Shown here: piece by piece, positions 54,262 through 64,000 of the stretch
Layout: each line of letters starts with the position of its first letter
Position numbering within the stretch: position 1 is the first letter of the stretch
Assembly (NCBI GenBank): GCA_002269645.1
Contig: NIVC01002070.1
Span: forward strand, 1-64,000
Length of the DNA stretch: 64,000 nt
Origin: Macrostomum lignano
Lineage: Eukaryota
Direction of reading: 5' to 3'
Translations under genes and position numbers: made by a program
Notes under the pieces: model-generated
Seen by the model: only the letters and a program-made list of their open reading frames with translations
Told to the model about the DNA's origin: nothing
Database searches by the model: none

Positions 54262-55830
54262 CTTGGCTTATGGGGGATTGCTGGGATGTCAAGGCTTACG
54301 GTGAGAATTGCTGAGATGTCGAGGCTTACAGCTGGGGGAATTGCTGAGACGTTGAGGCTAATAGGAGGAGTTGCTGGGCTGTCAAGCTTATTGGGGAATT
54401 TCTGGGATGTCAAGGCTTATTAAGGAATAGTTGGGATGTCAAGGCTTACTGTGAGAATCGCTGAGATTTCAAGGCTTGGCTTATGGGGAATTGCTGGGAT
54501 GTCAAGTCCCACAGCTGGGAGAATTGCTGGGATGTCAAGGCTTGGCTTATGGAGAATTGCTGGGGTGTCAAGGCTTACGGTGAGAATTGCTGAGATGTCG
54601 AGGCTTACAGCTGGGGGAATTGCTGGGATGTCAAGGCTTACTGGGAGAATTGCTGAGATGTCGAGGCTTACAGCTGGGGGAATTGCTGAGACGTTGAGGC
54701 TAATAGGAGGAGTTGCTGGGCTGTCAAGGCTTATGGGGATCGAGAATTGCCTTGAGCTGGGTGAATTGCTGAGACTTCAAGGCTTTGGCTGGAAATTGCG
54801 AAGATGTCACGGCTTATTTTTCGAATATGTTCGAATTTCAGTAGAATAATTTGTTTTAATAATTTACCATTTTAGCATTTCATGATTAAAGCTTACAAAA
54901 AGGACCACCATGTGAAAAAAGCATCATGCTAAACATAAAAGAAGCATAATTTAAGATGTCAAGACTTACTGGGAGAACTGCTGAGACGTCGAGGCTTATG
55001 AGGGGAATTGCTGAGATGTCAAGGCTTATGGGGGGGGGAATTGCTGAGATGTCAAGGCTTATGCGGGGGAATTGCTGAGATGTCAAGGCTTATGCGGGGG
55101 AATTGCTGAGATGTCAAGGCTTATGCGGGGGAATTGCTGAGATGTCAAGGCTTATGCGGGGGAATTGCTGAGATGTCAAGGCTTATGCGGGGGAATTGCT
55201 GAGATGTCAAGGCTTATGCGGGGGAATTGCTGAGATGTCAAGGCTTATGCGGGGGAATTGCTGAGATGTCAAGGCTTATGCGGGGGAATTGCTGAGATGT
55301 CAAGGCTTATGTGGGGGAATTGCTGAGATGTCAAGGCTTATGTGGGGGAATTGCTGAGATGTCAAGGCTTATGCGGGGGAATTGCTGAGATGTCAAGGCT
55401 TATGCGGGGAATTGCTGAGATGTCAAGGCTTATGCGGGGGAATTGCTGAGATGTCAATGCTTATGCGGGGGAATTGCTGAGATGTCAATGCTTATGCGGG
55501 GGAATTGCTGAGATGTCAAGGCTTATGCGGGGAATTGCTGAGATTTCAAGGCTTATGGGGGGATTGCTCAGACTCCAAGGCTTAGTGGGAAAATTTCTAT
55601 GATGTCATGGCTTATTGGAGGAATTGCTGAGACGTCGAGGCTTACGTGGAATTGCTTGGATTTCAAGGCTTATTGGGGAATTGCTGGGATGTCAAGGCTT
55701 ATGGAGAATTGCTGGGATGTCAAGGCTTATGGGGAAATGTTGGGATGTCAAGGCTTACTGGGAGAGTTGCTAAGATGTCAAGGCTTGCAGCTGGGGGAAT
55801 TGCTGAGATGTCAAGGCTTACTGGAAGCAT
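54262..55830. repeat. ~31-bp satellite with homogeneous core and diverged flanks
   Basis: GCTGAGATGTCAAGGCTTATGCGGGGGAATT nearly perfect at ~55050-55530, degenerate elsewhere; AT-rich interruption at ~54800-54950. Confidence 0.94.
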
Positions 55831-58800
55831 GGGTCCATTCTTCATTATTTTCAGGCATATTTTCATTTTCATTTTTGCGCTCCCCAAACGGGCTGGATTG
55901 CTATAGTACTCTCTAACCTTGTCGATCCCATGAGGAAGAAGAAGAATGTACCTAGAGATTCCATAACATCCCTTAATTGCCAAATGCATACGAGATATCG
56001 TGTTGCCGTTCTGCAATATAATTTTTCCTCTTCGATAATTGAATATGTCAAAGGCATTAGTAACATGCTTCTTGTGCTGCTGCAGGCACCTCAGCAAAAT
56101 CTTTAAACCCCACCCACCCCAAATGCACCCACCCCATTGCCCCGTCAGTCTCACTTCATACAGATCGTCAATCAAGCTTTGCTGTCATAAACATCTTGTA
56201 ATCTTAGGTGCAAATTCGTTTAATCAATAAATAATGAGCTGTGTGGATGCAACTGTAACTTGAGTGTGCTCTTGACTAAGGAAGCTACTTACTTACTCAG
56301 TCATGGGTCTGTGAATAAGCATACGCTCGTACATGCGCCGCAAGCATCTGCACAGCTCAATATATATATAAGAATTCTCATATCTTCACAGAATTCTGGG
56401 AAACTGCAGTGCGTCTATAAATGGGGAATAAATACCATATATTTAATCATTTTTGCCGCATCTATATGATATTCGTAGTTGGGGAGAACGAAGAAGCCCC
56501 TTTACTCGCATGAAAGTGGCAGTTCTTCAGTTACGCAATCGGAAAAAAGGAAATTGTTATAATATTGCTGCCGCCATTCTCTGCCTGAGACAGCTATGTG
56601 TGGCGCTAGAGGAGGGCTTCCGGCCAAAGTAGTAATTTCTTCTGTGTCAGGCTATCCTTTCTGGCTGACAGTTTCGCTAAACCGCAGAATTCAATCAATT
56701 CCTATCAGTATGGAATGAGCTGTATGCTATCTCTCTGTCTCTCTGTGGCTACATACCTTCTTTATAGTCTTCTTTGGGATCTTTCAATTTCTTTATAGCT
56801 GCTCAAATTTGAGATGCCGTCGAAGATCAAGCGGATTTCGCTTGACTTTATGAGCTGCTGCTATAGCTGTTTAGATCTGCAAGGCATGCAGGGAGGAGGG
56901 GATTATGTAACACAATATTAGATATTAAGGGAAGCCTAGCTCTTGCTCGATTCGAGATTGAAAAGCCATCAATCTCGTCAAACTCCGAGGAGGAAGCCCC
57001 GCACTGTGTCCGATCGGGACGGGGAGGAGAGCTAATTCATGTAGGGGCGACTCCGGTCTCCGATTAGATTTGCAGAGATCGAGAGGTCACCAAGCATGAA
57101 TGTCTTCGAAGATTTAATTTTACAAGATTATTTACAAAATCCAGCCCTGCATGGGCGCTGAAGTGAACCTTTAAAGTGACGCTTTGGAAAGGGGCCGGAC
57201 TTTACTTTAAAAGTGTCCATCAGTGGCCGAGGCGCGATTATACACATGCACACGTAATAGGTCCATAGGATGTAGCAACTTTCGAAGCCCGAGCAGGAAA
57301 GTATGGACTAACCATGAGCTATTTTTTGTGCTCAACCAGAAGGAATTGCTGAGCTAGACTACCACTGTACATGCATTGTATACGAATGTACGTGTTGTAC
57401 ATGTAAGTATAGTATATGTACATGTACACTGTATATATTAATTTACAGCTCCTTTCAGACGAAAATGCAATTTTGTTTCATGGCATTTAATTTTTGTTTT
57501 CAAGGTGCTAGCCAGAGATACTATAATAACTTATTATAGTATTATAGTATCTGTGGTGCTAGCTATACTAGCTGCCTCGACTCAGCGATAAGCGTTTATT
57601 TGGAATTTAATCAATACAATATGTAATGCTTAAAAATGTTACATGTGCGGGCTCTGGAAAAGTAAATTTTTACGTATATGACTGTAGATATAATAAAATT
57701 TAGGGAATAGAATTTTCTGTCTGTTAGCACTTCTTCAAAGACAAAGACCAACAATCAATTACAATATATCTCGGTGTCGACACGAAATAAAACGCTATTG
57801 AACGTGCTCTGGGTAAGACAAAAAACCTGGATTCATAAAAAGTAAAAAGAATCATTTGAATTTGAAAGTAAAATTAAAGTAAAACTTGAGATTTAAATAA
57901 ATGTATTTGTTTTCTTAAGAAAATTTTTAAATCGTGGGAAATGTTCCCATGAATTCAGTCATTCATTTATGTCTGTCAGTCAGTCGTCAGTCAGTCAGAC
58001 AGTCACTACCAGAGAAAAAGTATTTAGAAATATATTCACGAAATTATTTCTTTTTTGTAATTTTCGGAACCCGAACACTTTCTGAAACTAAACACTATTC
58101 TAAATCCCACCCTAACACCAGACTCCAGGACCAGATAGATAGATAGGACCTAACCTAACTTAAAAAAGCACAATTGACAATTGCCTAGCCTAGGCCCAAC
58201 GCCCTACTAAGACCCTAGTCAGAACCAGAAGCCAATAGTGCTTTTACTGAGATGTCTCAACTTGCATTGGCTAGGCGGCAGGCGCATATGTTCCCTTTCA
58301 GTTGTTTAATTTAAATGTACTTGTTTGGCTAGGCTTAATGCACTTAGTATTCATAAGGCCAATGGTATTATATTGGCGCATGACCAAGATTGCCACAAAT
58401 ATAGATGGCCACAGCTCTAGATAATAATAAGCCTAGGTCTATATATTTCACTCATTTCTTATTGGTAGTAATTAGTGAGATAGATGCCTTAGTAGGCTTG
58501 AATTGCTTGAGTTTAGTTGGGATAGGAGTTGAGCTGCCAGAACTTGATCTTGATTTGAAAAAATTAAAGTATTGATTTTATTGATCATATTATTGTTTAG
58601 CAATAAAGAAGGCATATATTCATATAAGACAGAATGGTATCTGATGCCAGTGATAGCTATAAAACTTAAAAGCTTTATATTTTTTGGGAACTGTTCGCCG
58701 TGTTAGGGCCTATTGTTATAGTTAGGCCTACGGCTTCAATGACTGTATAAATAGCAAAATGGTTAAAATTTTTATTTTTATGGTCAATACATAACATACT

Positions 58801-60443
58801 ATATGGGACTAAGTTGCGTAAAGTTATAACTTGAAATAACCATATAAATAGTAAAAAAATCTGTTATATGGTCATTATATATAAGAAACAAATGGCTTTT
58901 TTTATAGTCATGGCAATCCTCATAAGGAAGAAAGCATTTATATTAATTGTTATAAATTACCTAAACTTCTAAAGTAAGCTAGCTAAAGCTAATGTTAAGA
59001 ACCATTAGAAATTACCATTGGCATTGTGGCAATATATTAAAAACACATTTATTATTTTTTATAATTTGGCCACCTCTTATTTTATTTGCATTGCAAGTTA
59101 GATACTTAGTTTATATGATATTTGTTTTATGTTCTAACCATAAAAATAATTGTCTTGCTATTTATATAGTCAGTATGTCTATAACAATAGGCTTAGCTTA
59201 TCAACTGCCTTATTTTTTGCTACAAAATATTTAATTAAATTTGGCCCCTAACTAAGGAAAAAGAATTAAGGTAACAAAAAAACTAGAAATTGATAGCAGT
59301 AGGGCCTATCTTTATAGTCCTTAACTAAATTTAATAAAAGAAAAATTATAAAGCTAGACTTAGACATTGATTTATATTTAATGCTTTTTTTAGATTAATC
59401 ACAAGGTTTTTTATATATATAGTACATCTAAGTTACTATTATATAGTTATTATTTTTAAGTATAATATTTAGTTGCAATTACATTCCCACACAATAGGAA
59501 AATCACTTTTTAAATTTTTAAAAGACTATCTAAAAGCTTTTTAACTTTTTTAGCCAAGTTGCAACTTTAAAGAAATAAATTTAAAAAATCTGAAATGAGT
59601 TAGTTAACCATCATTTTTATAGTATTCTTTTGTTTATTAATTCTTAATTTTACTTAGTTTTATGTTATAATCCCCATTCAAAATGAATGACAACAAAAGT
59701 AATATAGTTTATCAAAAAAAGTCATAGGCCCTAAGGCCTAATAATTATATCTTGATCTATATTGACACTTCAAAATTCATTCAACAAAACCAATATATAG
59801 ACTATTAGTCTATTATTACAAAGCCATAAAGTCCTAATCAATGTTAAATAGCTTATCATTATAGTGTATTGGCATTTTGTGAAAGCTTTATACATTTTTT
59901 ATAGATATACACATCCCTCTTTTTTCTAATCTAATGCTTAACAAAAAGTAGATGATTCAATAAATGAGTTTTCGCTATAAATAGGAAGTTCTCTTATGCC
60001 AAAGAAGTTTTACTGGCATTTTGGTAGATAGTTATTTAATTTTATTGAATTAATGTTTTTAACTTGTATATCAATAAGATATTAGATAAGCTTTTTATCT
60101 ACTTTTTATCATAAGCTAGTAATTAGTATTGTTCTATCATAACAAGTTCAAAACAAATTATAAAATAAAAAAAATATTTTTGAATAATTGAGTTCTAAAA
60201 AGTAATAGTCTTTTCAACATAAAACTTGTATTGTGATAAATATGAATGAAATACCAAGATAGCCAGAAAGTTTATTGTTTAATTTTTTCCATCTAGCCCC
60301 TTCAATGGCAGTTCCTTGACAATTTCAAATCCTTTAATCAGTAAATTAGTTTAACCTAAAGCTTAAAATTCGCAAAGAAATTATTCTAAACTGCATATTG
60401 AATCGACTTTTAACTTCTTGTTACCAGACTATATTACTAAGAT

Positions 60444-62689
60444 ATGCCCCAAAATACTACTCAACACTACTCCTGCAGCCTACAACAGTCAGCATCTGAG
60501 GAGGCCACCCCAGCGGCCAGGCCATACAGAATGGTGTCCACTGCAGACGAGTCCGACAATGGCTTATCATCAAGCGAGTTCTCTGCTCACCTGGCCTGCC
60601 TTTTCGACATCCTTGCCGACGGCCAGTCCACCGTGTCGACGCCCAGCCTCATTCGCTACTGGCAGCTCTCCGACTATGCCGTTTCGTTCGCCCTGATTGA
60701 CGCATTCCAGAAGTATTCGGACTATGACAATAGGCTGGGGTTCGAGCAGTTTAGCCAGGCTGTCGGTCACTGTCTGGCAACCTGCGAGCCGTACGCCACG
60801 GCCTCTGGGTCCGCCCAGCAACTGGCTGAGCCAGCTGTGGCTTCGGAGAGCGGCTATAGGACTTTTGATAGCAGGTTGGTCTTGCCAATCTGTACTGAGA
60901 TTCAGATCCTGTTGTGGACACCGCAGTTGTGGGTGTTGACTAATGCAACCCTAGTGGAATTAGAACTAATTGAAATTGAATCAGTGACCCGAAACTAGTA
61001 TACTAATTGAGGGGGTGAGTTGAGCACTGAGAAAGTGCGCGACTAAGGAAAGAGGCGAGATTGAAGAGCCAAACAGAAGGCCGCGAGGGAGAGAGATAAG
61101 AATAACAGGGATTGAACTGGACAGAAAGGGAGAGAAAACAGATGAACTAAAGAAATATTGCGACAATACTCAATAATATACTGGTTTTCAGTCATGAGAG
61201 TAGATTACACGCATTTTAATTCCGTAATTTTATACAATAACGGAATTCAGCAGATCGCTAGAGCCCTCCCAGCCGCCCAAGCCCGCTCCGCACCGCGGCC
61301 CGCCGCTCCGCGTCTACAGCGACAGTGGCGTGCTGGACCAAGAATTCGATGGCAGGCCTCGGCCGCTTCGCCCGCCAGACTATGACACCTATATGAACAA
61401 CTCGCTGGATTGCGGCATCGGCGGCGTCGGCGTCGGCGCCATAGACGGAGTCGGCGTACGGCGCGCCGCCAGATCGAAGCCGCCGGTGCCGCTACGGACG
61501 ACCACCGCTGCCCGCGTGTGCAGCGCGCCAACTTCGCCAGCTCCGCTGCCGCCGTCAACCGACGGAGACGCCGTCGGACCCGACGGTCCGGACGCTGACG
61601 AATACGAGACTTTGATCAGCCAGCCTGCTGCTAGGGGGCCCCCGCCTCCGCCACCGCCGCCTCCGCGACCCTCTTCGCTGCTGCCCGCGAAACCGCAGCA
61701 GCCTCCGCCGCCGCCAGCTTCGGCTCAGGAGCGGCACAGACAGCGGGCGCGTTCGCCTATGAAACGGCTGGTTCAGGTGAGCCGCCTACCTGAATGCAAA
61801 TCCTTCAGTAATTGGAAGCGGCTTTTGGGTCTCGCAGTCGCATTCTCCGCCGCTAAGAATAAAATTGTCCCAATACTCTTCTGCAGGCTTTCACCCGGCC
61901 CCTGTCGCGCTCGCAGTCTTTTCGCATTTCTCGTCCAAGCGTCACTACAGAGCCTGTCTCCTCAGCTCAGCCCCAGCCTCCGACTGCAGCCTCTTCATCT
62001 GCGGCATTACCGGCGAAGCAGCAGCAACAGCAGCAGTCTAAGCCTCATCAATCGTTGGCTAAATTTGCCAGCTTCGTGGAGAATCCGGACAGGTTCAGCG
62101 GCAGTTATCATGCCCGCGGTGCGCTGCTTCGGGAACGTCTGCGCTGCGTTCGACAGGTAAGTAGCGATAGCCTTTTTGATCGTTTTAACGCACTCATTCA
62201 AACGCTCAAACAGTGTACAGCGGCCTTGACTTTCTAATAATTGTCAAGCATGTACACTACATGCATGTACGAGTACACGACAACCCCCCCCCCCTTGGAA
62301 AATTTTCCTGCACAAAAGCCCCAAATGAATGTGTTTGCGCACGGAATCACCACCCCGCAGGCCTACGAATGCGTGGAAGCCTGTAGGCAGTCACTGGTCG
62401 CTCAGATCGCCGACCTGCAGTCGCAGCTCGCCGGCTGTCCCGGCAGCTTTGATGACGCCAACGGCAGCGGCGGCCCAGCTTCTGTTGCAGCTTCATCTTC
62501 GTCGCTGCCTTCAACCGCGATGCTGCGAGCGGTTCTGCCCTGCATTGGCGATGCTAACGGCGCCACGGCGTCGCGGCAACCGCAGCGGCTGGCCGCCTGC
62601 TGGCTGATCAGGAGGCGCGAATCCAGCAGCTGGAGAGGGAGAAGTCGCAACTGCTGCGGACCCTGCTGCAGGCTCAGACTCTAGGCTAG
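60444..62689 (+). CDS. Suppressor APC domain-containing (SAPCD2-like) protein, 4 coding exons
   Basis: Exons 60444-60874, 61251 or 61254-61776, 61887-62156, 62361-62689. N-terminal FSAHLACLFDILADG...RYWQ...LGFEQFSQAV resembles SAPCD2 FLQSLRTLFDILDD...SRWQ...LTFERFVAGL; Pro-rich middle; C-terminal coiled coil DQEARIQQLEREKSQLLRTL resembles SAPCD2 KSERITQLEQEKSALIKQL but needs one extra C at 62596-62597. Confidence 0.72.
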
Positions 62690-62787
62690 CTTAAATCTGA
62701 TTGATTCATTTTCCTGGGCTTAACACTAGCAAAAACCGCCGACAGAAGCCTTTGAAAGTTAAGTTGCTAGGCAAAATATGTAAAATC

Positions 62788-63250
62788 GTCTATGGCCAGC
62801 CCTGCTGACACGGATTGGCATAACAGAGTGTTACAGTGGCAGCGATAGTCTATGGCCAGCCCTGCTGACCCAGCTGGCAGGCACGGCTTGTCATAGCAGA
62901 GTGTTAAAGTGGCAGCGATAGTCTATGGCCAGCCCTGCTGACCAAGCCCGCAGGAACGGCTTGGCATAGCAGAGTGTTAAAGTGGCAGCGATAGTCTATG
63001 GCCAGCCCTGCTGACCAAGCCCGCAGGAACGGCTTGGCATAGCAGAGTGTTAAAGTGGCAGCGATAGTCTATGGCCAGCCCTGCTGACCAAGCCCGCAGG
63101 AACGGCTTGGCATAGCAGAGTGTTAAAGTGGCAGCGATAGTCTATGGCCAGCCCTGCTGACCAAGCCCGCAGGAACGGCTTGGCATAGCAGAGTGTTAAA
63201 GTGGCAGCGATAGTCTATGGCCAGCCCTGCTGACCAAGCCCGCAGGAACG
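62788..63250. repeat. 73-bp tandem repeat, ~6 copies, downstream of the SAPCD2-like stop
   Basis: CTATGGCCAGCCCTGCTGACCAAGCCCGCAGGAACGGCTTGGCATAGCAGAGTGTTAAAGTGGCAGCGATAGT. Confidence 0.94.
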
Positions 63251-64000
63251 GAATTTTTCATTTCGTTTTAATTATCGATTTTATGCAACTGTCTCATTTA
63301 TAAAATGAATCTGCCAATAGCTGTTTTCATTCCACATCTTTCAACTTTTGGGAGTTCTGTTCGCTGGATTTGTACATTCACTCTGCTCTGATTGGCTGGG
63401 CGATTATGTACTTAGTTAAACTATATCAGACTTTTTAGCCTTGCATTAATCGTGGCAATCTCTCAATACAAGCCTATTTGCTTCTCTGTGAATCTGTTCG
63501 TATTGATTTTTATCTATTGTCTATCGTTTGCACAATAGCAATGCATTATAAGATTCACTGTTGCTTATCTGAACGCAGATTTGTATATAGGTAATAACTC
63601 TTAATTTTTGTACCTTCCCTGTCATATCGGCGTTTTTATTCAATATGTCAATGTGTCAAAACAATAGTTCAAACCGGCTTTTAGTTTTGCAGTGCAATAT
63701 GTTTGGGTTTTTTAAATCTCCAAAATGCAGGGCAATATTTTTCTTTTGTCCCTGCAACATTACTTTGCGCAGCTGACTCTGCTTTTCATTATTTAATACA
63801 TTTATTACAGACCAATAATGGCACATATATTATTTTCTTTTCGGTTCACTTATAATCTGGTTCCTGTGTTAAGTTAACTCACTGTTATTTTTTTAAGATA
63901 CATACTGTGCGACGCTTTTTAAAGTAATAAAGTCGATTTTGCGACTAAACTACTGTCTATTCAGTAGTATGAAAATTATCATTTTTTCAACCCAATTAGG

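Noticed and set aside
52484-54314. ORFs of 575-606 aa (ISYSITLS, NLVDLILY, EYEIDKVI repeats)
   Set aside because: Translation of a stop-free 24-bp satellite open on both strands; no splice or start context.
54262-55830. CRISPR-like look of a conserved core with variable linkers (also 25785-26148)
   Set aside because: Linkers are short, related to each other and not unique spacers; no cas genes; eukaryotic intron-containing context.

Overview
Eukaryotic (metazoan) genomic DNA with spliceosomal introns; no prokaryotic operons, CRISPR arrays or rRNA genes. GC-rich Ala/Gln/Pro-rich exons separated by introns full of locus-specific minisatellites suggest a free-living flatworm such as Macrostomum (inference from style only). 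Six intron-containing genes were reconstructed by hand with consistent splice phases: (1) an 11-exon SLC6 dopamine-transporter-type gene (+, ~1424-17085); (2) a secreted WSC + PAN/Apple protein (-, 19071-20004); (3) a small single-pass membrane protein (+, 22418-23527); (4) a divergent NAXE/YjeF_N homologue with an altered GNNGGDG motif (-, 25265-29454); (5) an uncharacterised, probably beta-propeller protein using a GC-AG intron (-, 37674-49229); (6) a SAPCD2-like protein (+, 60444-62689). Mobile DNA includes a 5'-truncated RTE-type LINE inserted into a minisatellite, a decayed Crypton/DUF3504 tyrosine-recombinase relic, a probable tRNA-derived SINE and candidate MITEs. About 29 unrelated tandem arrays cover roughly 18 kb by my approximate tally and explain nearly all long repetitive ORFs in the track. 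The most unusual pattern is that many arrays abut or contain splice signals, including a 12-fold amplified exon/5' splice-site junction and a ~16-fold amplified branch point/3' splice-site unit. Single-base losses in short homopolymers in two otherwise intact genes look like consensus errors. I did not find a clearly new multi-gene system; the findings are leads, not proof.
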